Positions 13,690 to 26,736 are shown, counted from the first letter of the whole stretch. The stretch: 61,878 nt of DNA, filler included, from Chiloscyllium plagiosum (GCF_004010195.1; 4 parts of one record of this genome joined end to end with filler, not necessarily neighbours in it), one strand, 5' to 3'. The notes: generated by a model not told the origin, from the letters alone. Translations and numbers: made by a program.

Positions 13690-14785
13690 TTGGGAAATGA
13701 GGCAGGTGACTGAGGTGTCAGTGGGGGAGCACTTTGGGGCCAGCGACCATAATTCTATTAGATTTAAAATAGTGATGGAAAAGGATAGACCAGATCTAAA
13801 AGTTGAAGGTCTAAATTGGAGAAAGGCCAATTTTGACGGTATTAGGCAAGAACTTTCAAAAGCTGATTGGGGGCAGATGTTCGCAGGTAAAGAGACGGCT
13901 GGAAAATGGGAAGCCTTCAGAAATGAGATAACGAGAATCCAGAGAAAGTATATTCCTGTTAGGGTGAAAGGGAAGGCTGGTAGGTATAGGGAATGCTGGA
14001 TGACTAAAGAAATTGAAGGTTTGGTTAAATAAAAGAAGGAAGCATATGTCAGGCATAGACAGGATAGATCGAGTGAATCCTTAGGAGAGTGTAAAGGGCA
14101 GGGGACATGAGATAGGTTTGGCAAATAGGGTTATTGAGAATCCAAAAGGATTTTATAAATACATTAAGGACAAAAGGGTAACTAGGGAGAGAATAGGGCC
14201 CCTCAAAGATCAGCAAGGCCGCCTTTGTGTGGAGCCGCAGAAAATGGCGGATACATTAAACAAGTATTTTGCATCAGTATTTACTGTGGAAAAAGATATG
14301 GAAGATATACAATGTAGGGAAATAGATGGTGACACTTTGAATGATGTCCATATTACAGAGGAGGAAGTGCTGGATGTCTTAAAATACATAAAGATAAATA
14401 AATCCCCAGGGCCTGATCAGGTGTACCCTAGAGCTCTGTGGGAAGCTAGAGAAGTGATTGCTGGGCCTCTTGCTGAGATATTTGTATCATCGATAATCAC
14501 AGGTGGGGTGCAGGAAGACTGGAGATTGGCTAACGTGGTGCCACTGTTTAAGAGGGGTGGTAAGGACAAGCCAGGGATCTATAGACCAGTGAGCCTGACC
14601 TCAGTGGTGGGCAAGTTGTTGGAGGGAATCCTGAGGGACAGGATGTACATGTATTTGGAAAAGCAAGGACCGATTAGGGATAGTCAACATGGCTTTGTGC
14701 GTGGGAAATCATGTCTCACAAACTTGATTGAGTTTTTTTGAAGAAGTAACAAAGAGGATTGATGAGGGCAGAGTGGTGGACGTGG
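13690..14785 (+). mobile_element. CR1-clade LINE ORF2 fragment
   Basis: EHFGASDHNSI; KSPGPDQVYPRAL, WRLANVVPLFK, YRPVSLTSVVGK, QHGFVRGKSCLTNL. Confidence 0.9.
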
Positions 14786-15688
14786 GGTAATGAGCTGAAT
14801 TCTTGCAGGTGTAGTTGAAATCTAAAGCCTGCCTGCTCTCAGAATGCAGTGATCCTGACGGAGTGCCTGTGATCGGGCATTGTGTTTCTAGCTCAGTGTC
14901 TATTGAGTCTGTCTTGAGTGGTCTCACAGTCAGTCTGGGCTGAGTGTTTGTTTTATTGAATTACAGCCTGTCACTGTGTCCTAGCCCTTACCTGATCAAA
15001 GCACACTGAGCTGACATTGACACAGTGACTCCCACAAACTTCCTGTCAGTGAAAAAGAAGTTGATAGAAAACAGAGCTTGATGATATTTTTACACTCCAA
15101 CTTGCTTTCGGTGGGTGATGAAGAATCTTTGCTTCATTTCACGCGTCTCTTTGTCGATGCCATGGGTATAATGAGGTCAGTGTGGGTTCCTCAGAGACAG
15201 TTTGTTCGAGTCCTCACTCTGGATCCCCCTAATGAGGAGACTACGAGGTCAGGAATCTTCTGGAGAATGCTCCTGCCCACAGTCCCAGCCAGCAGCCCCT
15301 CCCTGGAACACAGTCAGTGCTGGGAGCTCTCTGACTTTCTCCTGGGGTGTGGGAGGGGTGGGTCACAGAGTGAGAAAGAACCAAATCCCAGTTACTGATT
15401 GTAGGGACCTCCCTTACAACCTGGCAAATAAGGAGCATTTTCCATTGACAACAGCCTGCATTTATATAGAGTCTTCCCTAGATGTGCTAGTGGGGATGAG
15501 GGGTATTTATGAAGTGGAGGGACAGAGGTCTCTGGGATTGCCCTCCTGCAGGAGATTCAGAGGGAGATTTAATCAAAGGGGTCAACATCAGGAAGGGGTT
15601 TGACAGATTGAGGGGAGTCAGGAAAAGCCCCAGAGTGAGGGGGGGGTGTGAGGGTCAGGGTCAGGGATTGGGGGGGTGAGTGTCAGTG

Positions 15689-15788
15689 NNNNNNNNNNNN
15701 NNNNNNNNNNNNNNNNNNNNNNNNNNNNNNNNTTAATTAATTAANNNNNNNNNNNNNNNNNNNNNNNNNNNNNNNNNNNNNNNNNNNN
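15689..15788. other. Artificial scaffold/contig linker
   Basis: 44 N + TTAATTAATTAA (stops in all six frames) + 44 N. Confidence 0.9.
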
Positions 15789-16749
15789 GATGGTACACAC
15801 TGCTGTTACTGAGCGTCGGTGGGGGGAGGGAGGGGACGGTACACACTGCAGTTACTGAGCGTCGGTGGGGGGGAGGGAGGGTATTTCTGTTTTTGATCTG
15901 ATTCAGCTGTTACCTTCTGTCATTAGCCCCTGGGGGATTCACTTTTTCATTGGATATCAGAGTCTCAGAGGAACTGTTGTAAATTATGGAACCAGTTCAT
16001 CCCAATCTCTGGAAACACCTTTCCCCATGCCCTTCGCAATCTCATTCGCAACGTTTATTCCCAACATTTATTCCTGCACCATCAGTGACCCTGCTTCCTG
16101 CACAAAGCTCAATAACTCCCTTCCAGAAACTCTTCCTGGTCTCTCTCTCCCCCCTCTCCCTGCTCTCTCTTTCTGTTGTCTCACTCTCTCTCTCTGCTCT
16201 CTCTCACTCATTTTCTTGCTCCCTCTTGCTCCCTCTTTCCCTAACTTTCACTCTCTCACTCCCTTTCTCACCTTCCCTCGTTCCCTCTTGCGCTCTCTCT
16301 CTCTCACTTGTCTCTCACTCTCTCTCTTCTTCTCCCTCTCTCACTGTCTCGCTGACTGTCTTAGTCTCTCTCTCTCACTGTCTCTCATATCTACTCACTC
16401 TCTCTAGCACCCACTCACTCTGACTTCCTCTCTCTCACTCTCGTTTTCTCTCTGACGCACTTTCTCGGTCTCTTACTGAGATATTGTATCATTGATAGTC
16501 ACAGATGAGGTGCCGGAAAACTGGAGGTTGGCAAACGTGGTGCCACAGTTTAAGAAGGGTGGTAAGGACAAGCCAGGGAACTATAGACCAGTGAGTTGTT
16601 GTAGGGAATCCTGAGGGACAGGATGTACATGTATTTGGAAAAGCAAGGACTAATTAGGGATAGTCAACATGGCTTTGTGCGTAGGAAATCATGTCTCACA
16701 AACACGATTGAGTTTTTTGAAGAAGTAACAAAGGGGATTGATGAGGACA

Positions 16750-17741
16750 GACCATAAGACCATAAGACCATAAGACATAGGAGTGGAAGTAAGGCCATTC
16801 GGCCCATCAAGTCCACTCCGCCATTCAATCATGGCTGATGCGCATTTCAGCTCCACTTACCAGCGTTCTCCCCGTAGCCCTTAATTCCTCTAGACAACAA
16901 GAATCTATCAATCTCGGCCTTGAAGACATTTAGCATCCCGGACGAATACAATCTCAGTATCCTCAGCCGTTCCTCATATGTTAGACCTGTCATTCCAGGG
17001 ATCATCCGTGTGAATCTCCGCTGGACACGTTCCAGTGCCAGTATGTCCTCCCTGGGGTGTGGGGACCAAAACTGGACACAGTACTCCAAATGGGGCCTAA
17101 CCAGAGCTTTATAAAGTCTTAGTAGTACATCTCTGTTTTTATATTCCAACCCTCTTGAGATAAGAGACAACATTGCATTTGCTTTCTTAATCACGGACTC
17201 AACCTGCATGTTTACCTTTAGAGAATCCTCGACTAGCACTCCCAGATTCCTTTGTGCTTTGGCTTTATTAATTTTCTCACCATTTAGAAAGTAGTCTATG
17301 CTTTTATTCTTTTTGCCAAAGTGCAAGACCTCGCACTTGCTCATGTTAAATTCCATCAGCCATTTCCTGGACCACTCTCCCAACCTGTCTAGATCCTTCT
17401 GCAGCCTCCCCACTTCCTCAGTATTACCTGCCTGTCCACCTAACTTCGTATCATCGGCAAACTTCGCTAGAATGCCTCCGGTTCCCTCATCCAAATCATT
17501 AATATATATTGCGAACAGCTGTGGCCCCAGCACCGAACCCTGCGGGACACCGCTCGTCACCGGCTGCCATTCCGAAAAAGAACCTTTTATCCCAACTCTC
17601 TGCCTTCTGTTAGACAGCCAATCCTCAATCCATCCCAGCAGCTCACCTCGAACACCATGGGCCCTCACCTTGCTCAGCAGCCTCCCGTGTGGCACCTTAT
17701 CAAAGGCCTTTTGAAAGTCTAGATAGACCACATCCACTGGG
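16750..17741 (-). mobile_element. Young 5'-truncated CR1 LINE
   Basis: Open 311-aa frame with YLDFQKAFDKV, GVPQGSVLGP and KFADDTK; octamer tail (CCATAAGA)n on + strand. Confidence 0.9.
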
Positions 17742-18407
17742 TAACATGACCTCCCAACTCCTACACTCAATGCACTGACCAATAAAGTTAAAAATCACAC
17801 AACACTAGGTTATAGTTCTTCCAAATAAAGTCTAGATAGACCACATCTACAGATGTGATCAGTAAGGTGTTCGACAAGGTTCCCCATGGGAGACTGGTTA
17901 CCAAGGTTAAGTCACATGGAATACAGGGACAGCTAGCCATTTGGATACAGAACTGACTCAGAAGACAGAGGGTGGTGGTGGAGGGTTGTTTTTCAGACTG
18001 GAGACCTGTGACCAGTGGAGTGCCACAAGGATCGGTGCTGCGCCCTCTATTTTTTGTCATTTACATAAATGATTTGGATGTGACCATAAGAGGTACAGTT
18101 AGTAAGTTTGCAGATGTCACCAAAATTGGAGGTGTAGTGGACAGCGAAGAGGGTTACCTCAGATTACAACAGGATCTGGACCAGATGGGCCAATGGGCTG
18201 ATGGAGTTTAATTCAGGTAAATGTGAGGTGCTGCATTTTGGGAAAGCCCCAAACCTTAGCAGGACTTATACACTTAATGGTAAGGTCTTAGGGAGTGTTG
18301 CTGAACAAAGAGACCTTGGAGTGCAGGTTCATAGCTGCTTGAAAGTGGAGTCACAGGTAGATAGGATAGTGAAGAAGGCGTTTGGTATGCTTTCCTTTAT
18401 TGGTCAG

Positions 18408-18492
18408 CTAAGTGATGAAGGAGCAGTGCTCTGAAAGCTAGTTCTTCCAAATAAACCTGTTGGACTATAACCTGGTGTTGTGTGATTTTTAA
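18408..18492 (+). mobile_element. Hammerhead-bearing Penelope terminal mini-insertion (family B)
   Basis: 13-bp TSD CTTTATTGGTCAG at 18395-18407 and 18493-18505; GTGATGA AGGAGC AGT GCTCT GAAAGCTA. Confidence 0.75.
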
Positions 18493-18554
18493 CTTTATTG
18501 GTCAGTGCATTGAGTGTAGGAGTTGGGAGGTCATGTTGCAGCTGTACAGGGCAT

Positions 18555-19037
18555 CGGAGTCGAGAGTCTGGAGCCCTTCATCAGGAATGAGGCTGGGAGC
18601 CTCCAGAATGGAAAGATAAATGGGATGGTGTGGGGGGGTTGGTCTAGAGGGGAAAGTAGCTAAGAGTGCAATAGGTGGATGGAGGTGGGGGTAAAGGTGA
18701 TAGGTCAGGTTGAAGTGTTCCAAGGCGGAAGATGAGGCATCCTTCCTCCAGGCATCCGATGGTGAGGGAGCGGCAGTGGAGGAGGCCCAGGACCTGCATG
18801 TCCTCGGCAGAGTGGGAGGGGGAGTTGAAATGTTTGGCCACAGGGTCATGGGGTTGGCTGGTGCGGGTGTCCCAGAGATGTTCTCTGGAGCGTTCTGCGA
18901 GTAGGCGTTCGGTCTCTCCAATGAAGAGAAGACTGCATCAGAGCAACAGATACAGTAAATGATGTGTGGATGTGCGGGTGAAACTTTGATGGGTGTGAAG
19001 GCACCTTTTAGATACAGAACTGGCTTGAAGTTGGAGG
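18555..19037 (-). mobile_element. Penelope-like element 3' fragment
   Basis: AKHFNSPSHSAEDMQVLGLL...LIFRLGTLQP (GIY-YIG C-terminal part). Confidence 0.8.
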
Positions 19038-21229
19038 TGCAGGACATTGGTTAGGCCACTGTTGGAATACTGCGTTCAATTCTGGTCTACCTGCTATAGG
19101 AAAAATCTTGTGAAACTTGAAAGGGTTCAGAAAAGATTTACAAGGATGTTGCCAGGGGGGTTGAGCTATAGGGAGAGGCTGAACAGGCTGGGGCTGTTTT
19201 CCCTGGAGCATCAGAGGCTGAGGGGTGACCTTATAGGGGTTTACAAAATCATGAGGGGCATGGATAGGATAAATAGGCAAGGTCTTTTCCCTAGGGTCGG
19301 GGAGTCCAGAACTAGAGGGCACAGGTTTAAGGTGAGAGGGGAAAGATTTAACAGGGACCTAAGGGGCAACTTTTTCACACAGAGGGTGGTGCGTGTATGG
19401 AATGAGCTGCCAGAGGAAGTGGTGGAGGCTGGTACAATTACAACTTTAAAAGGCATCTGGATGGGTATATGAATAGGAAGGGTTTGGGGGGATATGGACC
19501 AGGTGCTGGCAGGTGGGACTAGATTGGGTTGGGACATCTGGTCAGCATGAACGGGTTGGACCGAAGGGTCTGTTTCCGTGCTGTACAGTTCTATGACTCT
19601 AATGTTTCTCTCTCTCTTTCTGTCGCAGTCTCTCTCGCCCTCGCTTGGTCTCTGTGTTTTGGTCTTGCTCTCTTTCTCTGTCCCTTTTTCTTTCTTCTCC
19701 ATTTTCTTATCTCATGCTCTCTCTCTCTTTCACTCACACACAGCCACACACAGACACACACACACACAATCTTAGTCCTCCACAATAACTATTCTTAAAA
19801 TCTACCCCTATTATCATTTTAAGTGGTTCAGTGTTGACCTCTGAAGGACAGTTGTTGTGTGCTTGTTACGAGATGGCCCATCACAGTAACATGGTGCCTC
19901 AGTGGTTAGCACTGCTGCCTCACAGCACCAGGGGCCTCGGTTCAATCTCACCCTCGGGNNNNNNNNNNNNNNNNNNNNNNNNNNNNNNNNNNNNNNNNNN
20001 NNNNNNNNNNNNNNNNNNNNNNNNNNNNNNNNNNNNNNNNNNNNNNNNNNNNNNNNNNNNNNNNNNNNNNNNNNNNNNNNNNNNNNNNNNNNNNNNNNNN
20101 NNNNNNNNNNNNNNNNNNNNNNNNNNNNNNNNNNNNNNNNNNNNNNNNNNNNNNNNNNNNNNNNNNNNNNNNNNNNNNNNNNNNNNNNNNNNNNNNNNNN
20201 NNNNNNNNNNNNNNNNNNNNNNNNNNNNNNNNNNNNNNNNNNNNNNNNNNNNNNNNNNNNNNNNNNNNNNNNNNNNNNNNNNNNNNNNNNNNNNNNNNNN
20301 NNNNNNNNNNNNNNNNNNNNNNNNNNNNNNNNNNNNNNNNNNNNNNNNNNNNNNNNNNNNNNNNNNNNNNNNNNNNNNNNNNNNNNNNNNNNNNNNNNNN
20401 NNNNNNNNNNNNNNNNNNNNNNNNNNNNNNNNNNNNNNNNNNNNNNNNNNNNNNNNNNTTTGATTTCTTTAATTTCTCTTTCAGTTATTCTCCATCACAT
20501 TCTATCTCTCCATTATTATCTACTTTCTCTGTTGCTCTCTGGCACAATCTATTATTTATTATCTTCTCTCTATCCTCTTTTTCTTGGTTGCTTCCCTCTA
20601 TTTCCACCTGCGTGATTCCTAGTGCAGTTTAACGAGATTTAATGAGCCAGTGTGTCAATAGCATTTGTAGTGAACTGCTGAAAATCAGTGGGATCCAGCT
20701 TGGTCACATTTGACAGCACTGTCCTCAAATCATGATATGATCCTGGAAGAGACTCTAAATTATTTAATGATCCCACATCAATCCACCAATTTTGTTTTGG
20801 ATTCTGGTGAGGGATCAGTAATATTTTATTCTTAAAATAGAGAACAATGAGCTTCAGGGAATCCACTAAAAAGAATAAAGCCACAGGATTATATCGTTTT
20901 GAATAAATAACAATAAACTTTGCAATCTTAGAACAATAATACAACCTACCATTAATTCATAATTAATATGTGATATATGTGGCTAATAGACTGCGGTTGA
21001 ACACCCTACAATATGCAAATAGCAAATGTGACCAAAACAGAACCTACTGATTTCTCTCAGAAATCTCGTCATCAGCATCCCCAGATATTAATGACATCTC
21101 GAGCCGGGGAGTGTATATAGGGAAGTCGAGATGAGGCAGCTGGACCTGAAAGAGAGACACACCTGTACTCAGGCTACTCAACAGTCAATATCAAACAGCC
21201 TGAGCAAAGTGCGAGTCAATGGGAATTGG

Positions 21230-22235
21230 GGCAATCTCTCCGTCGGGGGGAGTCATACCTGACACATTAGGGAGATGGTTGTGGTTGCTGGAAGTCAGTC
21301 ATCTCAGCTCCATGACATCTCTGCAGGTGGTCCTCAGGGGAGTGTCCTAGGCCCAACCATCTTCAATTGGCTTCATCAATGACCTTCCCTCCATCCTAAG
21401 GTCAGAAGTGGGATGTTCGCTAACGCATGTTGAGTACCACTAATCACTCCTCAGATACTGAAGCAGGTTAATGTTCAAAAGCATCAAGATGTGGACAATA
21501 TCCAGTCTTGGACTGACAAGTGGCAAGTAATATTCACACCACACAAATGCCAGGAAGTGAGCATAACTACTAAGAGACAATCTAATCCAGACCCCTTGAC
21601 ATTCAGTGGTATTACCATCATTGAATCCCTCACTATCAACATCCTGGGGGTTATCATTGAACAGAAACTCAACTGGACTCACCACATAAACACAGCAGCT
21701 ACAAGAGTAGGTCAGAGGTTGGGAATCCTGCAATGTGTCACTCACTTGCTGACTCCCAGAGCCTGTCCACCATCTACAAGGCACACGTCAGGAGTGCAAT
21801 GGACAACTCCCCACTTGCCTGGATGGGGGCAGGTCCAACAACATTCAAGACACTTGACACCATCCAGGACAAAACAGTCCACTTGATTGACACCACATTC
21901 ACAAACATCCACTTCTTCCACCATCAAACACTCAGTAGCAGCAGCGTATATTATCTTCAAAATGCATTGCATAAATTCACCAAACATCCTTTGACAGTAT
22001 CTTCCAAACCTTAACCATTTCAATCTAGAAGGACAAGGGCACTCCCCATCCTGACTTGGAAATATTTGCCCGTTCCTTCACTGTCACTGGATCAAAATCC
22101 TGGAATTCCCTCCCTAAGGGCATTGTGGGTCAACCCACGACAGGTGGACTGCAGCAGTTCAAGAGGCAGCTCACCCCCACCTTCTCAAGCGCAACTAGGG
22201 ACAGGCATCGACAACCATATCCCACATGTGAATTT
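21230..22235 (+). mobile_element. CR1/L2-clade LINE 3' half
   Basis: GGPQGSVLGP, ILGVIIEQKLNW, LSTIYKAHVRS, RSFTVTGSKSWNSLP. Confidence 0.8.
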
Positions 22236-22329
22236 TTTAAAAAGAACCAACTAGAAAAAGGAGTCATTATAAAACTTTGTTGTGAGAGAAACATTTGGAA
22301 TAAGTGATTACAATATGATAGAATTTAAC

Positions 22330-24385
22330 ATTAGTGTATTTCTGAAGGTGAGGTAGTTCAGTCTGAGGCAAGAGTGTTTAGTTCAAAGAAGGGAATTTAT
22401 GAAGTTATGAGGCACAAATTAATTGAGGGGGGGTTTCAGAAACTACATTAAAAGGCCTGACCATACCTAGGCATTGGATGGTTTTTAAAGAGTTAAAGGG
22501 CCCCAGAACTTAATAAAGGTGTCAGCCATGGCTAACAAAGGGAGATAAGGATTATATAAAATCGAAAGAAAATGCTAATAAAGTTGCCAGAAATAGAGGT
22601 GAATCTGAGGATTGGGATATTTTTCAAAACCAAAGGAGATGAAGAATCTGATAAGGAAAGAGGGAATAAACAATAAATGCATTCTAACAATAAACATAAA
22701 AATGGACTTTAAAAGCTTCTACATCCACATAATAAGGAAATGTTTGGCTATGTCAAATTTGGGTTTATCAGAAGCTAAAAAATGGCAGAGAGGTGGAATG
22801 GTTACTTTGGGTCTGTTTACACTGAGAAAAGTACAATCAATTTCCCAGAACTGGAGATCACATGGTTAAGAAGAATGGGGAATTGAAGGAAACTACATTT
22901 AGTAAGAGGTTGTACTAGAATAGTAGGGAAAATCTAGAATCTATTATAGAGGGAGTGATAAACGGCCTCTTGGATAGTAATGATCTGATTGGACATAATC
23001 AGTGTGGATTTATAGATAGGAAGGTGTGCTTGACAATGTTGGTGAAGGTTTTTGAAAAAGTTACTAACAAAATTGATAAAGGGAGTCAATAAATGTAATA
23101 TATTTGGATTTTCAAAAGGTGTTTGATAAGGTCCCCCACAGGAGGCTGGTTAGAAAGATTCAAGCATATCGTATACAGGATAATAAACTGACGAAGCATA
23201 ATGATTGGCTCAGAGACAGAAAACAAAGAGAAGGATAAATGGGTCATTCTCACATTGGCAGACTTTGACTTGTGAGATACTGCAAGGATCAATATTTGGG
23301 TCCCATCTGTTCACAATATACACCAAGGTCTGCAATTTGGGGACCAAGCATAATATTTCCAATAAAATATTTGTGGATGATACAAAGTCAAGTGGGTATG
23401 CATGTGTGATGAAGATTTAAAGCAGCTTCAGGGGGATTTGGATAAATTTATTGAATGGGCAAGAACATGGCAGATGGAATATAACGTGGAAAATTGTAAG
23501 GTTCTCCACTTCGATAGGAGGAACAGATGTGAAGAATATGTCTTCAAGAGTAAGGGATTAGAAACTGTGGTACACAGTTGTATTTGTCAATGAGTCACCG
23601 ATGACTAAATGCAGCAAGCGATGAGAAAGACTTATCGGAATGTTAATCTTATTGCAAGAAGATTTGAGTATAGGAGTAGTGAAGTCTTGCTTCAATTGTA
23701 CAGGAGAGTTAGTGCTGGAGAAGCACAGCAGGTCAGGCAGCATCCGAGGAGCAGAATGATGATGAAGGGCTTATACCTGAAACGTCAATTCTCCTGACCT
23801 GCTGTGTTTCTCCAGCACCACAGTCTCGACTCTGATATCCAGCATCTGCAGTCCTCGCTTTCTCCTTCAACTGTCCAGGAGCTTGATTAGACTGTACCTG
23901 GAGTACTTTGTGCAATTCTGGTTCCTTTTCTCAGGAAAGATATGATTGCCATAAAGGAAATGCGATAGAGGTTCACCAGACTTGTTCCTGGGATCATGGG
24001 ATTGTCCAAAGAAGAGGGGTTGGGTGAACTGGGGCCGTATTCTCCAGAGTTTCAGAGAATGAGAGATGATTTCACTGAAACCTACAAAATACTTATCGAT
24101 ATGCAGGTAGCATGTTCCCCCTGGTTCGGAGTCGAGATGAGAGAGCACAGTTTAAAAATAGGGGGATGTCATTTCGGATGGCGATAAGAATTGTTTTTAC
24201 CCAGAGGGTTGTGAACCTTTGCAATTCTCTATCCCTGAGAATGATTAAGATTGAGATTGTAGATTTCTGAGTATTGGTGGGATAAAGGGTTATGGGGATG
24301 GGCTGAGTAAAACCTATTGAAATGTCTGATCAGCCACAATGGTATTGAATGGTGGGGCAAATGGCACTCCTGTTCCTTGTGCCTA
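22330..24385 (+). mobile_element. Old CR1 LINE with a Penelope fold-back insert at 23707-23864
   Basis: Degenerate QGSIFG, FVDDTK and WQMEYNVENCKVLHF; insert bounded by imperfect 17-bp repeats CTTCAAYTGTMCAGGAG. Confidence 0.75.
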
Positions 24386-24409
24386 TGATCATGTTACTGT
24401 TGCCTGCTG

Positions 24410-25240
24410 ATGGAGTCAATCTTTGGGGAACAGCTATCATGCTGAAATTTGGCACAAATTCTACATAGAATCTACACATTTCCAAAAGTTTCATGATTTC
24501 CTGTCTAGTTTTAGGATCAGGAATTTTATTTTCCTTGTCCTCAGCAATATTTGTCTTTTTGCCCATAGTGGAACCTAGCTTAACAACTGCACTTTCACAC
24601 ATGACAAGATTTATCACCAGATCAACTAACTATAAGGCCTCCAATCAAGTTACATGTCCTTCCCAAATATTGCTGCTTATTTATACATCATTTGATCCTG
24701 CACAATTTGATAAACTTGTGATGACTTGGGTTCACAAGCGTTTGGAAACTAGCTGCAGTGTTTTTAAACCCAAATGGCGCGCCTCAACATTGATATAGCC
24801 AAACTGGTGTAACAAAGGCAAATCTCTCCTTCATTCTTGATGTCAATAGATTTGCTAGTTTTCCTTCAATAAATCAAATCTCAGTAAAGAATGAGGCATT
24901 GCCAAGCTAATCAATACAATCTCCTAATTGTGAAATTGGATATGAATGTGTTTACATCACTACATTTACTTTTCTATAATTTATGCAGATTCCAGTCAAC
25001 CTGTAAAGTTTACGAAGTATCACCATGTGAGTACTCTAGCTGTTTTGATAAGGTTTAATCTAGTGATTTTCAAGCGTATATTGAATCTTTGTTTTTACTT
25101 GAGTTTTCTTCATCCTGCCGTCAATTTTAAGAATGTTGTTTTATTGGTGCGGATTCCCCTATTTCTACATTAAGTCTTGCTAACGTTGTGCTTCCTGGTT
25201 TATTTCTAGAGATTATCTTCAATACTGTAAGTAATCTCAC
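24410..25240 (-). mobile_element. Highly decayed Gypsy-type LTR-retrotransposon RT
   Basis: Minus-strand translation with frameshifts gives CINYRKVN...SYPI..LGDCID...FAFVTP..LYQC..PFGFKNTAASFQ and PKTRQEI...FYVEFVPNFS. Confidence 0.65.
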
Positions 25241-25249
25241 TAGATCCAT

Positions 25250-25600
25250 AAAATCATGGAAGCCTTACAGTGTGGAAACAGGCTCTGCGGCCCAGCAAGT
25301 CCACCGACCCTCCGAAGAGTATCCCACTCAGACCCATTCCCCTATTACTCTACATTTACCGCTGACTAATGCATGTAACCTACACATCCACGCACACTAT
25401 GGGCAATTTATCATGGCTAATTCACCTAATCTGCACATCTTTGGACTGTGGGAAGAAACCAGAACACCCAGAGGAGATCAGCGCAGACACGGGGAGAATG
25501 TGCAACCTCCACGCAGACAGTCACTAAAGGTTGGAATTGAACCTGGGTCCCTGGTGCTGTGAGGCAGTAGTGCTGACTACTGAGTCACCGTGCCATCCCA
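25250..25600 (-). mobile_element. HE1-type V-SINE, near full length, diverged
   Basis: tRNA-like head, V-domain and tail colinear with 49229-49545. Confidence 0.8.
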
Positions 25601-26040
25601 AGTTGTTGTTTTTCCTTTCAGTAGAAGAAAACAATATCTAACTATTCTGGTATTTCAGTTTTGGCTAATCAGAGAGGGCTCAGTTTGTAAAGTGAATACA
25701 CCTCATATCTCCCTTTCACTGTCTCAATCAGCCTCCACTATTTAGTGATGTATTTGGATATGCAATTGCGATGCCAAGTTATACAAGGCTACGTGCCAAG
25801 TGCTAGAAAATGGAACTAGAATAGTTCGGTGCTTGTTTTTGACTAACGTGGACATGATGGGACAAAAGGTCTTTTACTGTGCTGCAGATCTCTATGACTC
25901 TGTGACCTAACATATGAACAAGGAGCAGGAGTAAACCACTTTGCTCTTGGAACCTTCTCCACCATTTAAGATCATGACTGATCTATTTTGATCTTCAATG
26001 CTGCATTTGTGCATATCCCTGATAATCTATCATCTCCTTG

Positions 26041-26160
26041 TGAGGATTTAAAATTTGGATTTAGGCTGTTGTCGGGAGCAACAAGTATATGTAGGCTTTT
26101 ATTAATCATAAAATGGCTTTTCAATTTAAAATAACACAACAAAATGGCTTCAAGTTATGA
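26041..26160 (+). repeat. ERV 5' LTR remnant
   Basis: Matches 32140-32259 with 9 mismatches in 120 bp (counted by eye), then diverges. Confidence 0.9.
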
Positions 26161-26635
26161 CTAGGGTTTTATAGAAACAACAAAGCGAAGAAAAACTTCC
26201 AATCCGTGTAAAATCGGAATTTGTAGTCCAGGAGGAAGACTTTATCTGGTCTCCAAGGAGAAAGCCACAGATATCCACTTTCTGATCCTGTCCCCATCTA
26301 TTTCCAAGGCTATTCCCTGTTTCATCACTTTGTGATTACAACCAACTTATCATGTAACCTGATGGGACGAGCTCTGCTGTGTGCCTTTCAAGTTAAACTT
26401 GCATGTTCCCCCTTGATTCTGACTCATCTGAACACCAGTTGTATGTGTCCACTAAACCACAATGGTGGTCACTTGATTTTGACCCTCAAGTCTCTGGAGG
26501 TCACATTACTCTTGCTTATGATCGAACAGGCTAAGATAAATTTCTTGAAAACTTCTTCCAGGTTTAATTGGAACTAAATAGACTGTACAGATTTTAGCTC
26601 GTGTCACCGGTCCAGAAGGCGAGGCAGATTTTGTT

Positions 26636-26736
26636 AGGTAAAAACAAGGACTGCAGATGCAGGAAACCAAATTCTAAATTAGAGTGGTGCTGGAAAAGCA
26701 GTTCAGGCAGCATCCGAAGAGCAGGAAAGTCCACCC
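26636..26736 (-). mobile_element. Penelope terminal mini-insertion (family A) inside ERV pol
   Basis: 16-bp TSD CGAGGCAGATTTTGTT at 26620-26635 and 26737-26752. Confidence 0.8.

Larger units (their letters stand above)
16475..19580 (+). mobile_element. CR1-clade LINE 3' half (host) with nested CR1 and Penelope insertions
   Basis: RT and C-terminal fragments at 17972-18434 and 19047-19472; 3' tail ending CTATGACTCTA. Confidence 0.9.

Noticed and set aside
15733..15744. TTAATTAATTAA as a piggyBac target or homeodomain site
   Set aside because: Centred in symmetric N runs three times; artificial linker
19831..20615. Long ORFs
   Set aside because: Almost entirely N
20640..21110. Possible antisense LTR
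   Set aside because: AT-rich and suggestive, but I could not define termini or a TSD
26161..26240. Primer-binding site or gag of the ERV
   Set aside because: No TGG-initiated tRNA complement after an LTR end and no room for gag
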